Shown one piece after another: positions 18,177-26,723 of a stretch of 37,190 nucleotides of DNA. Both the position numbers and the translations under genes were made by a program. The first letter of the stretch is position 1, and each line of letters begins with the position of its first letter. Source of the DNA: a virus (taxonomy: Duplodnaviria; Caudoviricetes). The stretch lies in IMG/VR virus record IMGVR_UViG_3300048576_000280, positions 1 to 37,190 of that record. One strand, written 5' to 3'. The notes beneath the pieces were generated by a model, which did no database searches, was not told the origin of the DNA, and saw nothing but the letters and a program-made list of their open reading frames with translations.

Positions 18177-18522
18177 GTCGCTCTCCGGATTCCAGGGCAC
18201 GGTCGGTGGGTTGCTCGCGGACCTGTATCCCCTCGACATCATCCTGGAAGAGGTATCCATCCCCGGCGAGCGGTTCGTGCTGGATTACCTGGTGCCGTCG
18301 GCCCACGTGGTCGTGGAGTGCCAGGGCACGCAGCACGACGAGTTCGTCCCTTACTTCCACGGCACCCGGCAGAACTTCCACGCCCAACAGGACCGCGACA
18401 GCCGCAAGCGGCGATGGTGTGAGTTGAACAATCTGCACCTGATCGAGATTCCGTATGGGCGGAGCGAGAGTGAGATCCTGGCCATCCTGGGAGGGAAACA
18501 TGACGACGCAGGAGCGGATTGA
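18106..18522 (+). CDS. Vsr/DUF559-like PD-(D/E)XK endonuclease
   Basis: LDYLVP...VVECQGTQH...RDSRKRRWCELNNLHLIEIPY. Confidence 0.8.
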   Translation: MVQVQLLNGKTVKLNLAKYQRRAKSLSGFQGTVGGLLADLYPLDIILEEVSIPGERFVLDYLVPSAHVVVECQGTQHDEFVPYFHGTRQNFHAQQDRDSRKRRWCELNNLHLIEIPYGRSESEILAILGGKHDDAGAD

Positions 18523-18898
18523 TGCATTCAAAGCCGAGATCGAGAGTTGGCAAGCCAAGCTGGGCATCCCCGCTGCAACCTGCGACCTCAAGCAAGCCGA
18601 GGCGATCCTGACCATGAGCCGGGAACGCCTGGAAGCCATGTCGGCCAGCGAGGCGGCGGACGCGGCGTTCGTCCTGGCCCAACTGGCGTTCGAGTTGCAG
18701 CGTCGAGAGAACGGGCTCGCCGCCTTCGATCGGTGGTGTTTCGCCAACCGGGCGCACATCCCTGGATCTATGTTCCCTGATCTGAGGGAGAAAGCCGAGC
18801 AAAAAAAGATCAGCATCGCCTACCTTGCCCGGCGGGTGGAGTTCATGAGCCAGTGCCTGATGGCGGTGCAGCGGTCCCGACACAAGGAAACAGCATGA
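18500..18898 (+). CDS. hypothetical helical protein
   Basis: GGAGGG RBS, ATG18500, ATGA coupling downstream. Confidence 0.7.
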   Translation: MTTQERIDAFKAEIESWQAKLGIPAATCDLKQAEAILTMSRERLEAMSASEAADAAFVLAQLAFELQRRENGLAAFDRWCFANRAHIPGSMFPDLREKAEQKKISIAYLARRVEFMSQCLMAVQRSRHKETA

Positions 18899-19455
18899 CC
18901 ACGATCCAACTGCTGAAAGCGGGTATCGAGCAGGCCAACTGGGCTCACGTGTGTGACGCCTTCGAGCAACTCACCGGCAACGCCATCAAACCGCCGGCCA
19001 CACCGGCAACTGCCCGTGCCCAAGTGGCGATGGAGGAGATCGCCAGGATCGCCGGCGAGTTCGTCGGTGAGCCCGTGTCCGTCTCGCCTGCACCTGCCGC
19101 TGTCCTGAAAGAACAGGCCGTGACCGAAGACAAGGAGCCTGAACCACAGACAGAGGACGATGCTGACGATGATGAAGACGACGCCCACAGCAACGTACCC
19201 GTGTCACAGGGAGCCACCGTCTCGGGAAACGTTTACGGCATCGAACAACAGGTGGTGACGCAGGCCCATGTGACCGAGAAGGAACGACGTGCCAACCGCA
19301 GATTTGCCAAGAATCACCCGCGTAACCCCCGGTCACCCCACAAGCCGATCATCGCGACCTGCACCGAATGCAAGCGGGACTACGAATCGCCGGTTGCCAT
19401 ACCCAAGGGCGTTGGCGCGTTGTGCCCGACGTGCTTGAAAAGCCGACGGCGGTGA
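18895..19455 (+). CDS. hypothetical protein, acidic linker and C-terminal CxxC...CxxC Zn finger
   Basis: CTEC...CPTC; AAGGA RBS. Confidence 0.7.
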   Translation: MTTIQLLKAGIEQANWAHVCDAFEQLTGNAIKPPATPATARAQVAMEEIARIAGEFVGEPVSVSPAPAAVLKEQAVTEDKEPEPQTEDDADDDEDDAHSNVPVSQGATVSGNVYGIEQQVVTQAHVTEKERRANRRFAKNHPRNPRSPHKPIIATCTECKRDYESPVAIPKGVGALCPTCLKSRRR

Positions 19456-19456
19456 T

Positions 19457-20908
19457 ATGGCCAAGACGAAGGTCCAACAAGAGCAACCATGCCTGAACGA
19501 TATCGGCGCTGAACGTGCCGTCATCGCCGCTTTGCTCACGCACGGTGCGGACGCCGTGCTTGACCTTGAGGAACTCGTTGACACCAACGACTTCTACGCG
19601 GCCCACCATCGTACCCTATTCACCATCTGCAAAAGCCTCGTCCACGACCAGGGGGCGACGACGTTCGACGTCCCGACCCTCATGGCCAAGCTGCACAGCG
19701 GGGGCTTTGAGAACCTGGTGGGCAAGGGGCGAGATGAAGAGTACCTCAACTCGCTGCTGACAGAGACGGTCAGCATGGAGAACGCACGGTCGCTGGCCGC
19801 GGTCGTGTTCAAGCTGGGTCTGGGGCGACGCGGCTACCTCATCACGCGTTATGTCCAGCAGCAGCTGCGGGAGATCACCGGCAACGAGAGCGTGACGGAG
19901 ATCTTAGCCAAGATGGAAGACCCCATCTTCGGCTTTGCGGCCAAGGCGGTCCAGCACGAAAGCCCGCTCAAGTCAATGGCCGAGGGCTACATGGATATCC
20001 TCGAGGCGCTGGCCTCCGATCCCAAGGACATCATCGGTCTGCCCACTGGCTTCCAGCGATTCGACGGTGCGATTGGCGGCGGGTTACGGCCGGGCGCCAT
20101 TGCCATTGTGGGGGCCAGGCCCAAGATCGGTAAGTCCTTCTTCTGTCTGAACGTGGGCTACAACATAGCCGCCGCCCAAGTGCCGGTCCTCTACCTGGAC
20201 ACCGAGTTGCCCTACAAGTGGCAGCTTCTCCGTCTCGCCTCGCTCATCAGCGGCGTCGAACTGAACCGGATCGAGAACGGCCTGTTTGGATCCAACGATG
20301 ATGAGCGGGAGGCGGTGTTCGGGGCCAAGACGATTGTGGACTCGTTGCCGTTCACCCATTGCAGTATCGCGGGCCAGTCCGTCGAGTCGGCCTTGGCGAT
20401 GGTGCGGCGGTGGCTCGTCCGCAGAGTGGGGTTCCTGCCCAACGGGAAAGCCAAGCCTTGTGCCGTGATCTACGACTACCTGAAGCTCATGAGCATGGAC
20501 GACCTGAGCCACAAGAACATGCAGGAATTCCAGGTCCTGGGCAGCTTCCTCACCATGATGCACAACTTCACCTTGCAGTACGACATCCCCATGCTCTGCA
20601 CGGTGCAACTGAACCGTGACGGCGGCGAGAAGGAAGACGGCACCGTCATCTCTGGCTCGGACCGCATCCTCTGGCTTGCATCGAGTTTTTCGATTCTCAA
20701 ACGCAAGAGTGCTCAGGAACTGCAGGAAGATCCGCCGGCCAACGGCGACCGCAAACTCGTGGTGACCGACACTCGGTTTGGTGCGGGCATGGAGCCGGGC
20801 AACTACATCAACGTCAAAGCCGACCTGACCCGCGCTCGCATGTCCGAAGGGTTGACGTTCGGCCAGGCATCCAAGAACTTCACGGGCAACAGCAAGAAAC
20901 AGTCATGA
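19457..20908 (+). CDS. dnaB: replicative DNA helicase DnaB
   Basis: AERAVIAALL N-domain, GLPTGF, GARPKIGKS, IYDYLKLM, VQLNR. Confidence 0.93.
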   Translation: MAKTKVQQEQPCLNDIGAERAVIAALLTHGADAVLDLEELVDTNDFYAAHHRTLFTICKSLVHDQGATTFDVPTLMAKLHSGGFENLVGKGRDEEYLNSLLTETVSMENARSLAAVVFKLGLGRRGYLITRYVQQQLREITGNESVTEILAKMEDPIFGFAAKAVQHESPLKSMAEGYMDILEALASDPKDIIGLPTGFQRFDGAIGGGLRPGAIAIVGARPKIGKSFFCLNVGYNIAAAQVPVLYLDTELPYKWQLLRLASLISGVELNRIENGLFGSNDDEREAVFGAKTIVDSLPFTHCSIAGQSVESALAMVRRWLVRRVGFLPNGKAKPCAVIYDYLKLMSMDDLSHKNMQEFQVLGSFLTMMHNFTLQYDIPMLCTVQLNRDGGEKEDGTVISGSDRILWLASSFSILKRKSAQELQEDPPANGDRKLVVTDTRFGAGMEPGNYINVKADLTRARMSEGLTFGQASKNFTGNSKKQS

Positions 20909-22071
20909 CTCAGGACCAGAGCCAAATTGCTTTCATCCAGGACCGTGCGGCCGAGCGGATCACCGAGATTCTCGACGCCCTGGGCATGGAGTACGTCGAG
21001 CGACGGGATTACGTGCACGCCAAATGTCCGGTGCATGGCGGCGACAACGAACGGGCCTGGTACTGGGCACACAATTCTCGCCACTGGAGGTGCATGACCC
21101 AGCACTGCGAAGAGTCGGAGGTGACCGGCCACTCGACAAGCATCTACGGTCTGGTCCGTGGCGTCATGAGCCGAACCACCGGAACGCGATGGGGCTTCAC
21201 CCAGGCGATGACCTTTGTGACGCAGGTCCTGGGCCTGGACGGGCAGAGAGTAGATCCGGAGACGGCGCAGGACGTCGAAGTCAATCGGGCCATTCGGGAG
21301 TACCGCAAGCGGCTGAAAAACGCCGACAACCGCAAAGGCTTGCTCCTGGCCAATGTCGTCTCGGAGCTTCAACCGGACACCCACTATTACCCCGGCCGCG
21401 GAATCCCGGCCGAGACCATCGCCCGATACCACATCTCCTACTGCAATGATCCAAACAAGCCCTTCTATCGCCGAGCGTTCTTCCCGATCCTGGACGAGAC
21501 GGGACGGTACGTCGCGGGCTGGACGGCCAGGACGAGCCATCCACGGTGCGACGCCTGCAAGATGTGGCACCCGACGGATATGAAGTGTCCGCCCAGGAAT
21601 CAGCACGGGATCTATGAGAAGTGGCGGCACTCGGCCGGGTTTCGGGCCGAGAAGCACCTGTACAACATCTGGTACGCCCGGCCATTCATTGCGAAGACTG
21701 GCGTGGCCGTCATCGTCGAGGGGCCGGGTGACACCTGGTCGTTCGAGATGGCGGGCGTTCAGAACAGCGTGGCCATGTTCGGCTTGAGCCTCTCCACGTT
21801 CCAGCGGCAGATGCTTCAGCGGGCCGGGGCCTTGACCCTGGTGTTCGTGACCGACAACGACAGGGCTGGCCGCGATGCCCAGGAACGGCTGGTCAAAGAA
21901 CTGAACTACTACTTCCGGTTGTACTTTGTCACGCCGGAGGACGTGAAGGATGTCGGGGAGATGAAAGCCTCGCAGATCGACGCCCAAATCAAGCCGCTCT
22001 TGGAATCTGTATCTCGGGCGAAGGTCATCCGCGACGGTTTCAGAACCCTGGATGGGGGGAAAAGTGAGTGA
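20905..22071 (+). CDS. dnaG: DNA primase (CHC2 Zn finger plus TOPRIM)
   Basis: CPVHGGDN...CMTQHC, FPILDETG..AGWTAR, IVEGPGD, TDNDRAG. Confidence 0.9.
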   Translation: MTQDQSQIAFIQDRAAERITEILDALGMEYVERRDYVHAKCPVHGGDNERAWYWAHNSRHWRCMTQHCEESEVTGHSTSIYGLVRGVMSRTTGTRWGFTQAMTFVTQVLGLDGQRVDPETAQDVEVNRAIREYRKRLKNADNRKGLLLANVVSELQPDTHYYPGRGIPAETIARYHISYCNDPNKPFYRRAFFPILDETGRYVAGWTARTSHPRCDACKMWHPTDMKCPPRNQHGIYEKWRHSAGFRAEKHLYNIWYARPFIAKTGVAVIVEGPGDTWSFEMAGVQNSVAMFGLSLSTFQRQMLQRAGALTLVFVTDNDRAGRDAQERLVKELNYYFRLYFVTPEDVKDVGEMKASQIDAQIKPLLESVSRAKVIRDGFRTLDGGKSE

Positions 22072-22444
22072 CTCGGTAATCGCGGGCGCGGGTACGTTCG
22101 TGACCAAGGACAGCGGTGCTCGGGAAGAGTACGAAACCGGTGCCAGACGAGACACCCAGGCCGGCAAGACCCGGTGGGATCTGATCCCGCCGCTAGCCCT
22201 CAAGCGAGTCGCCGATCTCTACGCTCGTGGGGCCGTAAAATACGACGAGTGGAACTGGGCGAAGGGCATCAAGATGTCCCGGTGCTACGCCTCGGCGTTC
22301 CGGCATCTGATGCAATGGGTTTTCGGCGACAAGGATGAGGACCATCTGGCGGCCGTCGTCTTCAACGTCTTCTGCATCATGCACTACGAAGAGACGGGCC
22401 GGACCGACGTGGATGACATGCAACGCTACCGGAGAGTCGCCTGA
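22064..22444 (+). CDS. dATP/dGTP diphosphohydrolase domain protein (DUF5664-like)
   Basis: TGARRD...GKTRWDLIP, GAVKYDEWNWAKG, SAFRHL, EDHLAAVVFN. Confidence 0.85.
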   Translation: MSDSVIAGAGTFVTKDSGAREEYETGARRDTQAGKTRWDLIPPLALKRVADLYARGAVKYDEWNWAKGIKMSRCYASAFRHLMQWVFGDKDEDHLAAVVFNVFCIMHYEETGRTDVDDMQRYRRVA

Positions 22445-23313
22445 TGTGGATCAACCGGGCCAGCGCCAGTGCGGTCAAGTCATACCAGTTCTGCCCGTTC
22501 CAATACTGGCTGAACCACGTTCTCGGCCTGGATTCTCCGTCGGGCAAGGCCGCGCTCCAGGGGAACATCGTCCACCAGGTCCTGGAGTGGATGGGGCAGC
22601 TGGTGGCGAAGGGCAAGACGATTGATCCGCACTGGCTGCTGGACTGGGCTTGGGACATGCACGTTGCCGCCAACCCGCAAGTGGAGATCCGGCGGGAGAC
22701 CAGGCGGGGCGAGTCGGCCGATTTCAGGTTCTGTCGTGAATCGCTCGACAAAGTGCTCCGGCATCCAATCTACGATCCCCGCCGGCTCAAAGTCATCGGG
22801 ACCGAGGTGAGACTGGACCTGTCGCTGCCCGGGGAACTCTGGCAGCTGCGGGACGGAAAACAGTTCCGAGTCACCGGGTACATGGACCTGGTGCACGAGG
22901 CCAGTGCGGACACGATCGAGGTCGTCGACTGGAAAACCGGGCGCCGGCAGGACTTCAACACTCAACGTGAAAAAGACTTCTATGATCTGATGCGGGATGT
23001 CCAGCCGCGGCTTTATCATCTCGCCGCCACCCAGATGTACCCGCAGTACCCCAACGTGCTGGTGACCTTCTATTACATCAATGACGGTGGTCCCATCAGC
23101 CTGCCGTTTACCGCCGACGATCTCGCCCCCACGCTGGGCTCGGTGTGGCGGTTCTTCGATACCGTACGCCGCGACCAGCAGATCAACCGCAGTCGCACAT
23201 GGCGATGTACTCGTTTCTGTCACTACGGCAGGACCGGGCTGTGTGATCGCATCTGGGCCGACCTCCACGCCTACGGGCAAGAATACGTCGAACTGAAATA
23301 CACGCCTCGCTGA
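22444..23313 (+). CDS. second PD-(D/E)XK RecB/Cas4-like nuclease
   Basis: SASAVKSYQFCP, GYMDLV, EVVDWKTG, QPRLY, C-terminal CTRFC...C. Confidence 0.88.
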   Translation: MWINRASASAVKSYQFCPFQYWLNHVLGLDSPSGKAALQGNIVHQVLEWMGQLVAKGKTIDPHWLLDWAWDMHVAANPQVEIRRETRRGESADFRFCRESLDKVLRHPIYDPRRLKVIGTEVRLDLSLPGELWQLRDGKQFRVTGYMDLVHEASADTIEVVDWKTGRRQDFNTQREKDFYDLMRDVQPRLYHLAATQMYPQYPNVLVTFYYINDGGPISLPFTADDLAPTLGSVWRFFDTVRRDQQINRSRTWRCTRFCHYGRTGLCDRIWADLHAYGQEYVELKYTPR

Positions 23314-23319
23314 GCCGGG

Positions 23320-23354
23320 CCAGAAAAGCTCTCCCGCTGGTATTTAACGATATG
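23320..23354 (+). promoter_or_regulatory. conserved bipartite promoter-like motif, copy 4
   Basis: CCAGAA-N13-GGTATTTAACGATATG; the ATG is the dnaE-N start, which has no RBS. Confidence 0.65.
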
Positions 23355-25691
23355 GGAGAGAAGTACGCTCCGCTGCACGTGCATTCGTACTACAGCCTCT
23401 TGGATGGCTTACCGTCGCCGAAGGATATTGCGACCCGATGCAAGGAACTCGGTCTGCCCGCGTGCGCCATGACCGATCACGGCAACATCTGTGGTCTGGT
23501 CGCCTTCTACAACGCCTGCACCAAGAAAGACATTCGCCCCATCCTCGGGTGCGAACTGTACATCTGCGAGTTCGATCCGACCGTCAAGTCGAACGAAAAC
23601 AAGCGCCGCTGGCACCTGACCGTACTGGCCAAAGGGCAGGCGGGCCTGGAGACGATGATGCGGCTCGTCTCCGAAACGAATCGGCCCGATTTCTTCTACC
23701 GCAAGCCGCGCATCAACCTGGATCGGCTGGCTGCATTCGCTGAGGACCGCAACCTGCTCTGCCTGTCCGGGTGCCTGGCGGGAATGCTCTCTTCGTCGCT
23801 CTTCGACGACTTCGACGAAGCCTGCAAGGTGTCTACTCAGACCGAGAGCATGGATCGGGTCCGGGCCATGCTCAAGATGAACTGGCAGGACGTCGCCGTC
23901 TCAGTCATTCAGCGGCACCAGCAGATCTTCGGAAAGGACAACTTCTTCCTGGAGATCCAGGACGAGGGGATGGCGATACAGCGGGTGGTGGCCGAGTGCC
24001 TTCGCAAGATCGGCGCCCAGACCGGCGTCCCCACGGTGGCCACTCTCGACGCCCACTACTGCCGTCCCGATGAGGCTCAGGACCAGAGAATCCTTCTCTA
24101 CTCTCAGTTGCACACGACTCAAGAGGAGCAGGAACGTCTCCGCATCGAGGGCGGGGACACCATGTATTTCTTCCACAGCGACACGTTCCATATCTACACC
24201 CCTGAGGAAATGCTCACGCACTACGAGCAGGCGGAGGTGGACCGGACGCTGGAGATCGCCGACCGCTGCGGCTCGTTCAAGCTCGGCCGTCAGCCATGCC
24301 TCCCGAAGTTCACCAACGACGAACTCACCCAGATGAAGCTGGACTCCGACCGCTACCTGGAGTCGCTCTGCATCAAGGGAGCCAAACAAAAGCTGGCACA
24401 CCTGCCCAGGAAAGAAAAGCAACAATACCTCTATCGCTTGAACCGCGAACTCCTAGTCATCCGCGAAGCCACGCTCAGCGACTACTTCTTGATCGTGTAT
24501 GACGCCTGCCAGTTTGTCGATCGCAATGGCGGACCGCGGGGCAAGGGTCGTGGCTCGGGCGCCGGGTCCCTGGTGAACTATCTCATCGGCATCACGGACA
24601 TCGATCCACTCGTGTACGGCCTGTATTTCGAGCGGTTCTACAACGCGAGCCGCAACATTCCGGCCCACTTCGATGCCGGCAACACTGAATTCATGGCCTG
24701 GCTTGGGGAGAACTTCGAGTCGGCGGTGAAACGCGACAAGTCCGAGGCCAAGAGGCAGGTGGCCATCGCTGCCGCCAACGCCAGGCGAGCGTGCGACCTC
24801 AAGGCTTTGAAGGACGAAGCGGCCTGGATCGACGAGGACAGCCCGAAGATCTGGCTGTACCTGGAAGACCTGCTCAAGGCGGGCACGACGGAGAAGACCC
24901 CCAACCCGAGCAACTCGCACATTGCCTATGCCGTGGGTCTCACCGACGAGCTTGACAAGGACAGGCCGGTCAAAAAGAAGGCCAGTCACGTGAGCCTGCC
25001 GGACATCGACACCGATATCGGCGTTGTGTTCCGCTCTCGTGTCATCGCCTACCTCAGCAAGCGATGGGGCGAGGACCGGGTCAGCCAGATGATTACGTTT
25101 GGCCGGTTGCAGGGCAAGGCGGCATTGAAAGAGGTCTTTCGCGCCCAGCCGGAGACGGTCAAGCAGTTGTTGAAGGTGAAGGCTCTGAAAGAGGCCAAGA
25201 ACCCCGACGAGATTGCCCAAAAGCCTCACGATCTCTGCAACGAGATCACCCAGCACATTCCGGATGAGGCCGCGATCTCCGACGACCTCCGGCAGGCTCG
25301 GGAAGAGACCGGTAACGAGAACTACGGCATCCTCCAGTGGGCGATCGATAACATCGAGCCGGTAGCGACGGCCTACGAGACATTCAAGCCGTTGTTCGAC
25401 CAGGCCATGAGGCTGGAGGGCGTCAAGAAGAGCCAGTCCAAGCATGCGGCGGGCATGGTCATCGCCGATCGGCCGATCAGCGAACTCGTGCCCATGGTCT
25501 ACGACCCCAAGAGCAAGATGCGGGTGTGCGGGCTGGAGATGGCCAACGCTGAGGCGATGGGCGCGGTGAAATTCGACTTTCTCGGGGTCACCGCCCTGGA
25601 CAAGCTCTGGTACGGCCAAGCCCTGGTCAACCGCGAGGCAACTCAGCCGTTCGTGCACGACGAAGTGGAAGCCGGGGAGGAATCGGAGTGA
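23352..25691 (+). CDS. dnaE: DNA polymerase III alpha, N-terminal half (PHP, palm, thumb)
   Basis: LHVHSYYSLLDG, TDHGN, DAHY, GRGSGAGSLV, LPDIDTD, HAAG, KFDFLG. Confidence 0.93.
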   Translation: MGEKYAPLHVHSYYSLLDGLPSPKDIATRCKELGLPACAMTDHGNICGLVAFYNACTKKDIRPILGCELYICEFDPTVKSNENKRRWHLTVLAKGQAGLETMMRLVSETNRPDFFYRKPRINLDRLAAFAEDRNLLCLSGCLAGMLSSSLFDDFDEACKVSTQTESMDRVRAMLKMNWQDVAVSVIQRHQQIFGKDNFFLEIQDEGMAIQRVVAECLRKIGAQTGVPTVATLDAHYCRPDEAQDQRILLYSQLHTTQEEQERLRIEGGDTMYFFHSDTFHIYTPEEMLTHYEQAEVDRTLEIADRCGSFKLGRQPCLPKFTNDELTQMKLDSDRYLESLCIKGAKQKLAHLPRKEKQQYLYRLNRELLVIREATLSDYFLIVYDACQFVDRNGGPRGKGRGSGAGSLVNYLIGITDIDPLVYGLYFERFYNASRNIPAHFDAGNTEFMAWLGENFESAVKRDKSEAKRQVAIAAANARRACDLKALKDEAAWIDEDSPKIWLYLEDLLKAGTTEKTPNPSNSHIAYAVGLTDELDKDRPVKKKASHVSLPDIDTDIGVVFRSRVIAYLSKRWGEDRVSQMITFGRLQGKAALKEVFRAQPETVKQLLKVKALKEAKNPDEIAQKPHDLCNEITQHIPDEAAISDDLRQAREETGNENYGILQWAIDNIEPVATAYETFKPLFDQAMRLEGVKKSQSKHAAGMVIADRPISELVPMVYDPKSKMRVCGLEMANAEAMGAVKFDFLGVTALDKLWYGQALVNREATQPFVHDEVEAGEESE

Positions 25692-26137
25692 TCACCTACA
25701 CCCGTGGAGACATCTTCGCATTCAAGGCGAACGCCGTCGTGAACACCGTCAACTGTGTGGGGGTGATGGGCAAGGGCGTGGCCCTGGCGGTCAAGCAGAA
25801 GTACCCACCGATACTGTCGGCCTACAAACATGCCTGCGGGGCCGGGATCATCACCCCCGGCTCACTGTGGTGCTGGCATGCCCACGACGGCACCATCGTC
25901 TACAACGTCGCCACCAAGGACCACTGGCGAGATCCATCCCAATACCGCTGGGTGGAATCCGGCCTGAGCAGGCTGTCGACAATCCTGGCCCACGTGTCTC
26001 CCATGACCGTCATCGTCCCGCCCCTCGGCTGCGGGTGCGGTGGTCTTGATTGGGACGTGGTCCAACCCATGATCGCCAACGCCCTGGGGGAACAGACCCG
26101 CCACAAGATCATCGTCCTGGAGCCCGCACGTGAGTAG
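25688..26137 (+). CDS. DarG/TARG1-like macrodomain ADP-ribosylglycohydrolase
   Basis: MITYTRGDIF...VNTVNCVGVMGKGVA, NVATKDHWRDPS, PPLGCGCGGLDW. Confidence 0.88.
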   Translation: MITYTRGDIFAFKANAVVNTVNCVGVMGKGVALAVKQKYPPILSAYKHACGAGIITPGSLWCWHAHDGTIVYNVATKDHWRDPSQYRWVESGLSRLSTILAHVSPMTVIVPPLGCGCGGLDWDVVQPMIANALGEQTRHKIIVLEPARE

Positions 26138-26723
26138 GCAAGAGCTACAGAACATTGCGGCCGGGATCGCCCAGTGCAAGCGGTGCCCATTGTGCAAGGT
26201 CCGCACGAACACCGTGCCCGGTCACGGCATGGACGATGCCAAGATCGTCTTCATCGGCGAAGCGCCGGGAGAGAACGAGGACCGCGAGGGTAAGCCGTTC
26301 GTCGGCAGGTCCGGCCAGTATCTCAAGAAAATGCTGCGGGAGACCGGCGGCAGGCCCGAGTGGTGCTATATCACCAACACCATCAAGTGCCGGCCACCGG
26401 ACAACCGCACCCCCGAAGACCAGGAATCCCAGGCGTGCTGGTTCTGGCTGGACCGCCAACTGCGGATCATTGATCCCAGGATTATTGTCTGTGTGGGGCG
26501 AACCGCGGCGTTGAAGATCCTGCCCATCAAGAAGACCACGCCGATGCGGACTCTCATCGGCAAATGGCATACGTCGACCATCGTCGGTAAGCCGATCGCC
26601 ACCCGTGTCATTTACCACCCCAGTTACCTGCTGCAGCATGGTCGCGCGGAGGAGCAGACCACCCGCGACGACCTGGGGGAGATCTGGAAGACCGCAAGCG
26701 AATTCGTGATGGAGGAGCTATGA
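26130..26723 (+). CDS. uracil-DNA glycosylase family 4 (Fe-S)
   Basis: CKRCPL, FIGEAPG, PFVGRSG, TNTIKCRPPDNRTP, YHPSYLL. Confidence 0.92.
   Translation: MSRQELQNIAAGIAQCKRCPLCKVRTNTVPGHGMDDAKIVFIGEAPGENEDREGKPFVGRSGQYLKKMLRETGGRPEWCYITNTIKCRPPDNRTPEDQESQACWFWLDRQLRIIDPRIIVCVGRTAALKILPIKKTTPMRTLIGKWHTSTIVGKPIATRVIYHPSYLLQHGRAEEQTTRDDLGEIWKTASEFVMEEL

Noticed and set aside
8369-22444. 2-aminoadenine (Z-genome) pathway suggested by the HD domain plus dATP/dGTP diphosphohydrolase
   Set aside because: No purZ in the window, and the HD domain resembles the CCA-enzyme type rather than DatZ; it cannot be supported from this window
12496-23313. Cas4-like nucleases as evidence of a CRISPR-Cas system
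   Set aside because: No repeat-spacer array or other cas genes; such nucleases are common in phage replication modules
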